A stretch of DNA of 64,000 nt, taken from NCBI GenBank assembly GCA_964016885.1, contig OZ024743.1, positions 78,306,001 to 78,370,000 of the forward strand. Direction: 5' to 3'. The translations under genes and the position numbers were made by a program. The DNA is from Eledone cirrhosa (taxonomy: Eukaryota). This document shows positions 36,439 to 50,039 of the stretch, in pieces (position 1 is the first letter of the stretch; every line of letters begins with the position of its first letter). The notes below the pieces were generated by a model that was not told where the DNA came from, did not search any database, and was given only the letters and a program-made list of their open reading frames with translations.

Positions 36439-39400
36439 CTAGCAGATTTACCCGGCGTTGCCCGGGGTTTGAAATTATGCTAAGACTATACAGCTAGGAA
36501 GTAAAAGAAGAAAATTATTTGTCCCCAACCTGTCAAAATAAGCAGAAATTTTCAATAATTAATGCAAACGAATATTTAGTGCAATCTTCGTACACATAAA
36601 ACTATGCTGATAATGAAGGAAAACTCTGTAAGAGGATGTAGTTATACAAATGATTAAAGACAATGCACGTTGCAAATCTGTAAAAAAACAGCCAGTTTTG
36701 CTAAAGTACAAAAAGTTTTAATGAAAGCAGAGTTGTATACAAACAAAAAAAAACAATGAGAGTAGAATAAGAGAAAATGTATTCTTTGAGAGCATCCTTT
36801 GCTATGTACTTATGAACTTATAATCCAAAATATCCTGCATGAGATATTCATTGGTATGTTTTGTTTATGAGTAAGGTGAAATCAAGGCAGAGCTGTAATA
36901 AGTGTTTTTGTTAGCACTTTAGGAGAGACGATATTCTTTGTTTTTCTTTTCGGAACAAACGCAAAGAGATTATCTCTAGTGCCAACTCGTGAGGAGGCAA
37001 CGTAGAATTGTCCGTGCGAAAAGCAAGGTTCATCCAAGTGAATTCCAGCGACGGACAGAGTTTGACCTTGCGACTTGTTTATGGACATCGCAAAGGCGAC
37101 ACGAAGGGGAAATTGGGTTCGGCGAAAGGAGAAGGGAATATCCACGCCTGATGTAGTCAGGCTAATTTTTGTTATCTCATCCTCGCCTTTTCCACATCCA
37201 GATAGAATTGTAGCATCAATACTAAGTGGAGACAGTTTTATAACCACAAGGCGTGTACCATTGCATAGTTTTGGAGGAGTGATATTTCTCAGCAAAATAA
37301 CTGGCTTGTAGCGAATAATCCAGTTGTAACGGATAAGTGAATAGATGGAATTGTTGGTATGATGGTTTCAATGCAAAGAATAATACCAGGATTGTGTTGT
37401 TACAAATTTTATTTTATTATATTTTATTTTATTATAACAATATTCAATTTGAATATTGAATGATAAAATCTATAACATGAAATATTCGTACAATAAGTAG
37501 ATGGCTCTTCGAGCCACGTAAATAGAAGTATCACAGAATACGATTATAATATAATTGTATTGTATCTGAAAGATACAATCTGACAAATAGAAATGGTGCG
37601 TGTGAAATGAAAACAGTGTGAACTTACTATGTGTGCATGTGTGCGTATTAGTATACTTTATTGTTTTAGCAGTAGTAGTAATCACTCAGCCCGGCGTGTA
37701 GGGCGTTTGAGAAAATAGTGGACAGACGTTTTTCGTGAAGGGAGATTTGACAGAGTAGGTGAAATGTTCGTTCTTGTCTGTGGTATCACTTTTTTCTGCC
37801 GGGGCGTAAACAACTCTTGTATTTATAAGGGTTGAAGTTAGAAGGATAGATATATCCTCTGACCTTTGGTTAGAATCTCCCAAGGGGTTGGTCTGCCGGG
37901 TGTAAACAACTTAGAAGGATGGATATATCTGACCTCTTTTTTGCCAGGCGTAAATAACATCTGACCTGTGTTTAGCATCTCCCAAGGGGTTGGTCTGCCG
38001 GCGTAAACAACTAACCACGGCTTGTCCCAGAGGCGGGAAAGCTCAGATTCGGTTTTGAATCTTCGCCGCCGTTATAGGCGTTTCCTCTTTCAGAACCAAT
38101 GTATTAGGAGGTAAACCGGGAGGATTTAAAGAATTTAGAAATTCAACTGGATAATTGACCGCATCCTGTGCATCACATACAGTATCAATAGATTTATATA
38201 TCGGTGGACATCCAGGAAGAAGCTGAAGAAGCTGATCGTTAATACAGCTAACCCTATATTTTGGGGTGCAAGAATGGCTCTTTCGCATAGCCAATCAAGA
38301 TTCGTATAGTTATCACGCAAGTTCGGGAATACTCTCGCCTTGAGATCATCGACAGTTTCAACCACATTGCAGATGTGATCAATTGCTATGTGTCCATCTG
38401 TATCCGGAGTATGTTACCATCTCCTATTGTAAGAATGTCTCCAGAAAATGTTGATGACGGAGGGTCCCCATGCAATCTTGCACGCATGTTGGTAGTTAGT
38501 CTTAATGATATCACTTGTCGCTACAATGGTGAAGACTTAACACATGCATTTACCGAATCTGCTCTTGTTCCTTTCGGTATTATAGGAAGAGTCTGTTTGA
38601 AGTCTCCTAATAGCAGAAGGGTGACACCCACCATAACATCACTGCAATCCCGTATGTCTTGCAAAGACCTGTCTAGTGGCTCAAGAGCCCCTTTGTGCGC
38701 CATTGTGCACTCATCCCAAACAATAAGGTGACACCTTCGCAGCAGATGAGCCCTTTCGGAGTCTTTGGTGATATGACAAGTAGGAGTTTCCAATTTTGCC
38801 AAATCAAGGGGCAATTTAAAAACTGAATGTGCCGTCTTTCTACCAGGGAGCAAAGTTGCTGCGATTCCAAAGGACGCAACTGCTATTGCTATGTCCTTAT
38901 TCTGTCTAACCTTTGCAAGAAGAAGTTTAGTAACGAAAGTTTTTCCTGCACCCCCCCCCCCCCCCCCTGGAGCATCGAGGAAAACTATGCCACCTCTTCT
39001 TTGAAATTCCGATGCAGTAATGGTGGTATAAGCCAGTCGCTGATCAGCTAGAAGTTTTCGCTCATTATCTGTGACGTAGAGGCCGAGATCATGGATGTCA
39101 TAAGAAGTCTCCTGTATGATATCTGTGGGAAGTTTATTTGAGTCCGTGTGATGAGTTTCTGGTAAACTGTAGTCACGTAAAACCTTTCCTTCAATCAGAG
39201 CTAACTTGTCCTCAATATCAATGAGAGCTCTGTTGTATAATTCATTACTAAAGCCGAACTCTATTTCTGGAAGCAGCAATTGTGCTTGGGGTCTGTAGTC
39301 GTCTGTTAATTCATCCCTATATTTCATCCACAAGGACAGAATATCAGATAAGTTGCACGAGTGCAAAAGTACCGCAAATAAATTTCTTAGGCTGGCAGGT

Positions 39401-41634
39401 GAATGTGAAAGAGTAACTTCCGCCATCGTTGCATCCCACTGCGAACCATCTTCCAGCAATCCACGCCTCAAACATGCCTTTGTGTATGTTGGAAGAACTT
39501 GTCCGTCGAACATTCGGAGATCATCAAAGCAGGTAGGTCCCCTGATACGAAGATGGAAGCACTCGTGTTGGTTTGGGGGCACTGTATAAACTCTGCCCAA
39601 GCACTCGTTGAACTTGATGCCCGGATAACCTTTTACACTGTCCTGTTTTTCTTCGCTTCCATGTATTTTTGTCCCAGGTATAGTAAGATGGGACTTGTGG
39701 ATATAGTAAGGTTTTAGCAAATGGATCTTCTTGACATAGTTTAAAGAAAGCGGTAAGAGTAGTATCCTTTGGTTCTTGTGCTAACTGAGCAGCTGATGCA
39801 TTCGTAAAATATACTCTCTGATCGTTCTGCAGGTGCACTTGGAGTTTTTGAACAGCAGGATGCCGTTGATGTATAAAAAATCCGAAAATCCGCCAGAACG
39901 CTTTATTTCTAATATATCTTCCAGCTTGGTACTGGGCCACTTCATCTCGGCTGTATTCCCGAAGTAATCCAAACGTAGCAGCATCAGAGCCTTTATTAAT
40001 GTACTTACAAATGTATTTTATAGATTTAATCGAATTACAGTATTCTACATTGATGTCTGCATCAAAAATATATAGAAGGAGTGGATTATATGGAACAACC
40101 CATCTGTTGTCAACCTCATGTTTGCTAACCCTTGCTTTGATTCCACCATCTTCGGGTCTTCTCCGGCGATATAGTGGGTATCCGTCATGACTCGTCTGGG
40201 TGTCCTTAAGGAACTGTCGCGGAAATTTCTTTGAGCACCTAGACTTGTCCTTAACACACGGTAGGTTGTTGTGAAATCCATGTCCACATGGACCATGCAC
40301 CATGTGTACTTTAACTTTTTGGTAAAGGTCCCTGTCGATTGCCAGATACGGAAACTCAGCAGAAATGACATTGTCAATTTCATCTGATCTAAGTTTTGTC
40401 TTTAACCAGATCAGAATGTGGGGATGTGGCAAGCCTCGTTTTTGCCACTCAATTGTAAGCATGTCACATTGTACTGGGCCAAAGATTTCACCTGTTTTGA
40501 TAAGTTCCATGAGCTTAATTAACTTAAGATGGAAAACTCTGGCAATAAGATCCTGCCTGGTTGAGGCTTTTTGACCTGGAAAGAGTTCTTTCTGAATCTT
40601 TTCCCATTTAGGGTTTGAAGTGAAACTAATAAACACATCTGGTTTACCGAAAAGGCGCACAATAGTTAAAGCATCTTGAATTTTTTCGAAAAAGAACCGA
40701 GGACTTCCTGTGAAAGATGAAGGCAGGATGCACAACAATCCAATACTATCAGACACCCTGTTCAGTATGTTCCTTCATTGTCAATAAAGTTTGATGTGTA
40801 CGAATACAGCACTTAATATTATTGCTATCGATATTTTATTGCTCAACGTGGGTCGATTTGAAAAATGTTTGTGATGTGACCATCTTAGATGTGTATACAA
40901 TACACAATTACTTGTCCTAACTGGCTTCCATAATTTTTTCATCTCCTCACTCCTCTACTTTTTCTCTTCCCCTTCAACGTAACTTCCTACTTCTTTCCGC
41001 CACTCTTACTGACTCCGTCTCTTTCTTTCTGTTATTTTCTCTCTCTCTTTTTCTTTTTTTATATCTTATTTTCCCCATCTCTCTCTGTTTGTGTCATTTC
41101 TCCTCTCTTTCTCTTTCTCCCTCTCTCTCTGTCTCTTTTTCCCTCTCTTTATATTTCATCTGACCCCCCCCCCCTCTCTATTAATTATGGCTTTCCGCTC
41201 TCACTCTTTTGTATCACTCCTCTCTTTCTTTCTCTCTTTGTATCATATCTCCCCCTTTCTTTCACTCTGTACCATATCTCATCTCACTCCCTCTCTATCT
41301 CTCTTTGTACCATATCTCCTCTGTCTCCCGCTGTCTCTCTGTACCATATCTCCCCTCTCTCACTCTCTTTATACCATATCTCCCCTCTCTCACTTTCTAC
41401 CATATCTCCTCTCTCCCTCTCTCACTGTACCATATCTCCTCTCTCTCTCTCTCTTTCTCTGTAACATATCTGCTCTCTCTCCGTCTGTACTATATCTCCC
41501 CCTCTCCCTCTCTACCATATATCTCTCTCTCGCTCGCTCGCTCTCTCACTCTCTGTGTTTCCTCTACCACTGATTCTGACCCCCGTGGTCTTTCATACTC
41601 TGTACACACACATCCTCGCTTTTATATATATAGA
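36439..41634 (-). mobile_element. Decayed autonomous-type Helitron (Rep + PIF1 helicase) with both termini
   Basis: Rep motifs FISFTSNPKW, EWQKRGLPHPHIL, YICKYINK; helicase motifs GAGKTF, WDECTM, GDFKQ, RTQFPLRVAFAMSINKSQGQTL; A|TC start, hairpin + CTAG|T end. Confidence 0.9.
37325..38076. mobile_element. Solo LTR inserted in the Helitron helicase
   Basis: TGTAACGG...CCGTTATA termini; similar to 43901-44642; interrupts the helicase between LVLKEETP and VILLRNI. Confidence 0.65.
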
Positions 41635-41773
41635 TAATTTTTCTACCGATGTTTTATTGCTCAACGTGGGTCGAGCTGAAATTTGGTCAAATTCAGTTAG
41701 GAATTGTAAAAACCTTAGGTGTCCAAAGTTGTCCACAGACACACACACATCCTCACTTTTATATATATATAGA

Positions 41774-42488
41774 CTAGCAGATTTACCCGGCGTTGCCCGA
41801 GGTTTTAAATTATGCTAAGAATATACAGCTAGGAAGTAAAAGAAGAATATTATTTGTCCCCAACCTTTCAAAATAAGCAGAAGTCTTCAATAATTAATGC
41901 AAAAGAATATTTAGTGCAATCTATGCTGATAATGAAGGAAAATTTTGTTTTAACTGATTTCTTCATTGTAATAATAGTTTTTTAAAAATAAATTCACAAT
42001 ATCCTGGAAGCATAGATAATGCCTGCCTCAAATGTGGGCGAAATTACTTTAAAAATGTAAAAGTTGTAGGTCCCAACGGTTTGAATGGAAAGTCCCATAA
42101 GGATTGATTTTAGATTGATTTCTCCCTTACAGCATACACTTTAGAAAAAATAATCTTCTTGTACTACCTCGACGGCATATGCAATGCCTGCCTCACATTT
42201 GGTAAAAAAAGAACGAAAAATGTAAAAGTAATTGCAACTTTTAATTTGCATGGAAACTCCCATAAGGATTTTGTCTTGATTGTTATCTCCCTTACATCGT
42301 GCACTTTAGAAAAAATAATTTTGCTATCGATTTTTATTGCTCAACGTGGGTCGATTTGAAAAAAATGTTGTGATGTGACCATCTTAGCGACAGGTGCAAC
42401 GTGCACAGAAAATTTGGTCAAATTCGGTTGGGAATTGTAAAAGCCTTGGGTGTCCAAATTTGTCCACAGACACACACACACATCCTCG

Positions 42489-42500
<12 letters not shown>
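41774..42500 (-). mobile_element. Non-autonomous Helitron sharing both ends with 36439-41634
   Basis: 41774-41945 is nearly identical to 36439-36625; 5' end cacacacatcctcgcttttatata. Confidence 0.8.
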
Positions 42501-42565
<65 letters not shown>

Positions 42566-42938
42566 CATAATATATATATACCCCAATCCACTACCCCTAC
42601 CTTATCCTCCCACTAACACCAACGTCTCTCTGTAAAGTTGGTATCACAACATCCAATCCAAATAAATGAGATAATGAGATCGAGATCGTGTAGGTGTCAT
42701 GACAAAAAAACACACAGTGACGCTGTAATGTGGCCGTGTAGGTAACACGGTAAAAAGTTCCCAGTCCACACTGTAAATGTGGTTGTTGTTAGAAAGGGCA
42801 TCCAGCCGTAGAAAACCTGTCATATGAGCGAGACACAGTCACCCGACCAACCTTGCCTCAAGTGGGACAACTCCCGTCTAACCCATGCTAGCATGGAAGA
42901 TGGACGTTAAACGAAAATGAGGATGATGATGCTAATGA

Positions 42939-43035
<97 letters not shown>

Positions 43036-43492
43036 TATTAATATTTTGGTGTTTCTATGTGGTTGCTTGGTCTGCATTATATAGTTGTCAGAAGTTGCTG
43101 GAATCTTCGTTGCTTTCCCATAATAGCATAATAGAATCGATGAAATCCCTTTTCTCCATTTCCCTGAATCAGGAAGTTTCTGCTGAAGATAGAATAGAAA
43201 TTTTCTATTACCACAGCTTGTATGCATGTCATGTGATATCATATTCTGTATCTATAAATATATCATATAATATATGGTAGCAAAAGAGTTAATCGCTGTT
43301 TTGTCAGTCTGAAGTATTCAACGAAGGACATAAAATTCTCTATTCCACAGCTTGTATGTATATTATGTAATATTATATTTTGTATTTATAAATATACCAG
43401 AAAAATATATAGTAGCAAGAGTTAATTGCTGTTTTTCCTCTCTAAAGTATTCTAATAGGTGAACAGATTTAAAAAAAAACTGTGTATTAAAC

Positions 43493-43544
43493 ATGACTGA
43501 AATTGAAGTATATCAACGAAGAACAGGGGAACAATTAAATACAG
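43493..43544 (+). CDS. SLC22-like transporter, candidate first coding exon (MTEIEVYQRRTGEQLNT)
   Basis: ATG, open frame, CAG|gtaatt donor in phase 1 that matches the next exon; no homology support. Confidence 0.5.
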
Positions 43545-43900
43545 GTAATTAATTTAATTTCTGTTTATACCTGTCATTTGATTAACATATCTTAATATTT
43601 TACAAACTAATTATTGTAATAATAATTTACTTCTACAAATGTTGGTATATTAACCTAAGAAATGTATTAATTTACTGTATTTTACCGGAGTTTAAAATAT
43701 AAATCTAATTAATTAAACTTTCAAATAATTACACTAGTTGAATCTGCTGTCTTGATTCTACAGGCATGTACCTTATATTGGTGAATTCGTAGAGTCATTA
43801 AAGCATTAGATAGAATGTTTTGCAGTATGTGTTTCCAGCTCACTATGCACTGAGTTCAAATCTTCCCTAGGTCAACTTTGCCTTTCATTCTTTTGAGATC

Positions 43901-44642
43901 TGTAACGGATAGGTTGTATTCTTTGTATGGTAGTTTTGATGAAAAGAATAATGCCATGATTGAGTTGTTAACAATGTTTATTTTACAATAACAATATTCG
44001 ATTTGCACATCGCATCGAACAATATTATTTATAACATAAACCGTCGCTACATTAAATTGGTAGCTCTATGAGCTACGTGAATGCATGTATCAGAGAATAC
44101 GATATAGTATATAAGTTGTGTTGTGTCTTGCAGATACCATATTACAGGAAGAAATGGATGAGAGTATAATGTTAAAATATGAACTTACTATGTGTGTGTG
44201 CCTATTCTTAGTATACGTTATTGTCTTAGTAGTAGTAGTGGTCAATCTGTCAGGCAGGCATGGCTGGCTGTCTGGCTGTTTCGGTGGCCGAGGAGGTAAG
44301 CCAGTAAGGGCCAGGAGAAAGATAGAGTGAAAGCTCTACTGATGCTACATCGCTTATCTTGTTGATTGCCGCTTCGTGTCTGAACTTTGGGTTCCCTAAC
44401 TCCTTGTATTTATAATAAGTGCTAAAGTTACAAGGATGGATATATGAGGTTGATTTATGGTCAGCCCTGTGGTTAGTGTCTCCCAAGAGGTTAAAGTCAC
44501 AGGTCAAATAGAATGTATATTTATCATCGTTGCCTTGACAAGACAATGGTGAGAACTTCCAACGATAGATTGTCCCAGAGGCGTGAAATCTCAGATTCGG
44601 TTTCGAATCTTCACCAGTAAAACATAGGAGTATTTCGTTATA
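43901..44642. mobile_element. Solo LTR (Gypsy-like) with 4-bp GATC TSD, inserted in a SINE
   Basis: gatc|TGTAACG...CGTTATA|gatc; a 3' fragment of the same family at ~14225-14366. Confidence 0.75.
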
Positions 44643-44929
44643 GATCGATATCAAAAGTACCAGTCTAGTACTAGAGTTGATCCCCCCCTCTCTCTCTCTC
44701 TTCTCTCTCTCAAATCATCTGTATTCAGACCTGAACACGTCACTATTCGCCCCACACCCTACGACTTCATCCGGATTTGCCAGTCCATACATACAACACA
44801 TCTTTCTTGTGTCTGTTACTACTGTTGTTGATTTCATACCCGTTTGCCTTTTCTGTGTCTGCTACTAATGGTACCAAATTAAGAAACAGTCATATTGCTG
44901 TTGTTGTTATTGTTGTTGTGTTGTCGTCA

Positions 44930-45360
44930 ATATAACAGGAACCTTTGACCATACACTGCAGAAATTTGAAGCGAAGGAGAAAGTCGATTAAACAGACCCA
45001 GTTTATGACTGATACATTATTTTATCAACCCCGTAAGGACGAAAGACAAAGCTAACCTCAGCAGGATTTGAACTCAGAACAGAAAGGAACCTAACTATTA
45101 TATACCGCAAAGCATATTGTCTGACATTCTACCGATACTGCCAATCCACTGCCCTTATCTACTATGCAATAATTGTTTCTACTTTAGGCACAATGCCAGT
45201 AATTACCCAGTGCATTACTGGTACTTTATTTTATCGACCCCGTAAGGATGAAAGGTAAAGTCAACCTCGGCGGGATTTGAACTCAGATCGTAAAGGGACG
45301 TAACTATGCTGGAAAGCATGGCGTCCGACCCTCTACCGATACTGCCAATCCACCGCCCTA
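44930..45360 (-). mobile_element. Two tandem tRNA-derived SINE copies
   Basis: ttttatcgaccccgtaaggatgaaagg...gggatttgaactcaga motif present twice. Confidence 0.7.
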
Positions 45361-45806
45361 TCTACTATGCAATAATGAGATTTGTATGTATGTGTGTGTG
45401 TGTGTGGAGGTGGATGTTGGTGGGTTGGAGGGGGAGGGGGATGATCATATCTGGATGTTTGAAAAAATAAATTTCTAAAATAAGTACCAGACTTGAAAAA
45501 ATAAGTACTGGGGTCTATATTATCAACGAAATCTTCTCAAGCCAGTGCCCCAGCATGACTGCAGTCTAATGAAGAACCCAGAAAAAGAATAAATATTTAC
45601 CTCATCTTCCAAATATATTGTTAGTAGATAGCGTTCCCTTTCTTCTGCCTCTCACTGTTATAAACCTCCAATAAACACTCTTTTCTCCTTTTTTTTCCCT
45701 TTCCGTTAAACCACATTACATACATATGCCAGCATATTTAATATGATAGATTATAGATACTATTCTAGATTATATGACTTTTAACATTTGTTATTTCTAA
45801 TTTCAG

Positions 45807-46177
45807 AAATATCAACTACAACTATCAAACTACTACTGGAAAAATGTTTTACTTATGGTCCTTATCAATGCCAGTTGTTCATTTTATTACTCTCCCTGAA
45901 ATTTTGCATGGCATTGTCATCAATGAGTTTGATATTTATCAGTGCCAACGTCCCTTTCTTATGCTACCCTCCAGACTTTAATGCTTCTGCAATTCCTCCA
46001 AATCTTACAGAGAATCAATATTTACACATGTTTCAACCTGGCCCCAATCAATGTTTTGTGTATAACAACAGTATCACTGAGATATATTATTCAATGTCAC
46101 CCAGTAATTTATCTACACTACCCTGTTCCTATGGACGGAAGTTTATGACAGACAATTTTTCTTCAACTGTAAGTGAG
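45807..46177 (+). CDS. SLC22/organic cation transporter-like exon (TM1 and large extracellular loop)
   Basis: tttcag acceptor, GPYQ motif, Cys residues and N-glycosylation sequons, STVSE|gtgagt. Confidence 0.85.
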
Positions 46178-46244
46178 GTGAGTTGGTAATCTATTAAATA
46201 TAGTGAAATGAGAGGTAAGGTCACATCATTATTATTAACTAGTA

Positions 46245-46570
46245 AGAGCTGCAGTGTTAGTAGAGCATCAGACACCCTGCTTTGCGGCATAGAGTTACGA
46301 CCATTGCCATTCTGAGTTCAAATCCCGCCGAGGCTAACTTTGCCTTTCATCCTTACGGGGTCGATAAAATAAAGTACCAGTAATGTACTGGATAATTTCT
46401 GGCCTTGTGCCAATAGTAGAAACAATTATTATTAACTAGTAAGAGCAGCAGTATTGGTAGAGCGTCGGATACCCTGCTTTGCGGCATAGAGTTACGGCCC
46501 TTTATGCTTTGAGTTCAAATCCCACCAATATTAACTTTACCTTTCATCCTTACAGGGTCGATAAAAAGAT
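46245..46570 (+). mobile_element. Two tandem tRNA-derived SINE copies
   Basis: gagttcaaatccc B-box-like motif; shared body. Confidence 0.7.
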
Positions 46571-46849
46571 CAAGCTTTGTATCAGTGTCTGTTTGCTGGT
46601 TTCCTGTCTTTGTTACGCTATATTAATGTGGAAGGAGAAAGAAATGGTGGTGTTGAGGCAAGGAAAAGAAGGAAGAAAGTATTATAAGAAGTTGATTAGC
46701 TACGTAGATATGTGAGAGATTAACAGCGTACGGGGGTGAGGGAAATATTAAGTAGTTAGCCAGCAAGCGAGACGTGTAATATGGGGAGCACAATGATATA
46801 CAGGGAGAGCTGGGACAAAGAAGATGTAGCATAATCAAGGGTATCATTA

Positions 46850-47075
46850 ACTGCTTAATGAACACAACCACAAGGATATGGACTCCCACTGTCATTGCCT
46901 CCATCTCTCTTGCCCTCCACATCTCTCTGTATGGTGAGCAAATGGGGTCCCATGTGCTGGCCTCCCAACAGCCCTGGCGGACAGAATGGAGGAGGTGTTT
47001 CCCCGGAGGATGGTAAGGGAGATGCGCTGGAAGAGCCATTCCAATTCGCGAGGCTCACACCTGTGCACTGGTGTC
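46850..47075 (-). mobile_element. 3' fragment of a CRE/RLE-type non-LTR element
   Basis: EPRELEWLFQRISLTILRGNTSSIL resembles the QR.S..I.RGN C-terminus of RLE-type elements. Confidence 0.45.
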
Positions 47076-47214
47076 GATTTAATTGATTTCACCTGCCACC
47101 AAATTGCTGACCTTGTGCCAATAGTAGAAATCTTTATTATTAACTAGTCTGTAACCAATTCTTTTATGGAGTAAGTAATATTTGATTTCTATAATAAATT
47201 GTAACAAAGCTATC

Positions 47215-47715
47215 ATCACCATCATTTTATGTTTGCTTTCACATGGTTGCATGAGCTGGGCAAGTCTTTTTCAGCCCGGTATACTCCATCATTTTCACTG
47301 GGACCTTCAGTGATTTAAGATCAGCTTTCACTACCTCCATCCAAGTCTCCCTTGGTTTCCTTCTGCTGCAGCTTATCTCCACTTGGATTTCTTGGCACTT
47401 CATCACCCAACAATCATCATCCACATGCATCACATGTTGATACCAGAGCAAACTTCTGTCTTGCACAGTACATCTGATTCCTTTCATATTCAATTTCTCT
47501 CTCAGCTCATCTATGTTTTGTCATTCACATGCATTAACATTAGACATCAACTGAAGCATTCTTGCTTCATTTCTCTCCAGTCTTCATATAACCTCAGCAC
47601 TCATTATGTATATCTCACTACCATGCAGCATTGCACATCACACACAGGCATCAAACAACCAGACTTTCGTTTGTAGTGAGGGACCTTTTGTTGTCAACAG
47701 AGGTAGAAGCCCTCA
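47215..47715 (-). mobile_element. RTE LINE 3' fragment
   Basis: GIRC..LLWYQHV..RKPRETW. Confidence 0.7.
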
Positions 47716-47805
47716 TAACTGTATTTCTAAAGTATTTTTTATGGCAAAATGATAAAATAAGCAAAATTGGAAATATTATTCATAACTTTGTTTAATTTCT
47801 TACAG

Positions 47806-47909
47806 TTTGATTTAGTGTGTGAGAGGAAATGGTTAAGATCCACTTTACAGTCAGTATATTTTGCTGGTTACCTTATTGGATCACTGGTATTTGGTGATTT
47901 AGCTGACAG
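47806..47909 (+). CDS. SLC22-like exon ([10 protein letters not shown]...FGDLADR)
   Basis: tacag/gtaag splice sites, 104 bp; FDLVC and G.LADR motifs; not in the ORF track. Confidence 0.92.
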
Positions 47910-47977
47910 GTAAGATATATTTTTATTCAACTAAATCTTTTTCTTAAACAGAAAGAAAATAATATATACAACAATAA

Positions 47978-48008
<31 letters not shown>

Positions 48009-48009
48009 A

Positions 48010-49840
48010 ATGCTTTCTTTATTAACCACAAGGGTTTACATAAAGTAGACATTAAGGACAGTACAGGACGGTACAAAAGGGCATTTCTGCGTGTAAAGAA
48101 ACAAAAAACAGAGGATGTAATAAAAAGAACAATGAAAAATTCCCCAATAGGGGGGAGACTTCCGAGGGCCATCGTGGAGAAAGCCCATTAAATAAAAGCC
48201 ACGGTGACCCTGACCACCAGGGCAAGTGTCCTCTCCCAGTTTTCCACCTTCAATTTACAGGCATATACTCAGAGTAGGTCCATTCACTCGGGCCATTCTT
48301 GCCTCTCTCACCCATCTTTCAACAAAATGCTGGGAAGAGAGCACTTCCCTCTCTACCCTGATTTTCCTTTGCAAATGAAATTTGAAAAAGTTAATCAGGG
48401 CATCACCGAAGAGGTAAGTGCTCGTCTTCAGCCCTTTCAAACGCGTACGCGTCCACCATACTATCTCTTTCGCCATGGCCACCAGACAGATAAAAACTGC
48501 CTGCCCTTCCCGGCTAAAGGAAGAAGGCGGGGCAATCCTCACGATGGACTCAGCTGATAGTCGGATCCGTTCTACACGTGACAGCAGGTGTTCAACAATA
48601 ATAATAATGATTTCATTTATTAGCCACAAGGGCCGACATGTAGGGGACAATACAAAGACAGGAACAGTGAGGGTTTACAATAAGGTCGAGTAAAAGTGCA
48701 CAATGGCAAGACTAATTTAACAATGAAGATATGAAAAATATAAAATAATCTATGCATAAATATAACAAAATAAATTCCCCAATAGGGGGTGGACGACTCT
48801 GGGGTGACTCAGGTACTCCACCAATCCTGAACCACCCTGCGCTTCTAGGGCACCCAGGGAGAGCACTCTTCTCCTCAAGTTAGCTAGCCTATAGGCGCAT
48901 GGTCAAAGTAGGCCCATTCACACGGGCCATTCTCGCCACATTCATCCACCTTTTAGCAAATGTACTGAGGGCAGTACTTCTCTCTCCACCCTCACCTTCC
49001 TTTGAGATGTGCGGCAAGCCATCAAGGTAGGGACTGAACTCCGCTACTCTCTCTGACTCGCCACTCTCCCCGAACAACCGAGCAAAGTGCTGGTGAAAGG
49101 TGTCACACATCCGCTTGGAATCGCTTATCTCGTGTCCATCTCGGTCCGCCAAAACCCGAATCGTGGTTTTATTACCACGCTGCACCTCCGCCACGCTGGC
49201 CCATCGAACAGCTTTGGTTCCCTCGTTTCTCAGCGCACGCGCCTTAACTCTGAAAATGCATCCTTCATGTTTCACATTGAAGAAATGGTCTGCCATTCTC
49301 CCTGCTAACACGTCAGTTGCAATGCCACTACAAATAGCCTCATCTAACTTATCTACCAGCTCCCCCTATTTTTCTCTAATGCTAGTTCTTTGCTGAACGA
49401 AGTTACTCTAATCTCTCTTTTGAGAGCCCCCCTACCATCTGTTGTTGATGATCCCCCGTGTCAACTTTTGCTTCACTAAATTGTTGACTCGGTCCCTGTA
49501 AGCCTTACGTGCCGGAAATTACATGTTCAGTTTCCAGTAACCCGGTCCCAACCTAACCATTTTATCTAGGTCGACCATACAGATCACAAATTTGTGATCT
49601 GAATAGGCGACCGTTTTAAAAGGTGGGCAGCCTACACTATTTTCCTAATGAAGATCCTGTCTATATATGATTTAGATGACCCCATGCGGTTGGTCCATGT
49701 CCATACTGGCGCATTGGGGAAATCTAGTCAATACCTGTCAGACAGTTGGAACTCGCTGAGTAGGTGCTTGAGGCTTTTGCACCCCCCGCTCCTATCAGCT
49801 ACTCCCACACAATCCCAGCGTGCGTCTAAGATGCCGTTAA
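48010..49840 (-). mobile_element. Two adjacent deleted Tx1-like fragments
   Basis: ORF2 C-termini (ARMARVNGPTL) twice, GPGYWKLN and endonuclease remnant, 3'UTRs. Confidence 0.8.
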
Positions 49841-50039
49841 TAATAATGATAATAATTGTTTCTACTTTTGGCACAAGGCCAGCAATTATCCCAGTGTATT
49901 ACTGGTACTTTATTTTATCGACCCCGTAAGGATGAAAGGCAAAGTTGACCTCGGCGGGATTTGAAATCAGAATGGCAAGGGCCGTAACTCTATGCGTCAA
50001 AGCATGGCGTCCGACCCACTACCGATACTGCCAATCACT

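Noticed and set aside
41091-41637. Leu/Ser-rich ORFs
   Set aside because: Pyrimidine-rich minisatellite (taccatatctcc...) inside the Helitron
46245-46340. tRNA gene
   Set aside because: Only the A/B-box-like head of a multi-copy SINE; no cloverleaf
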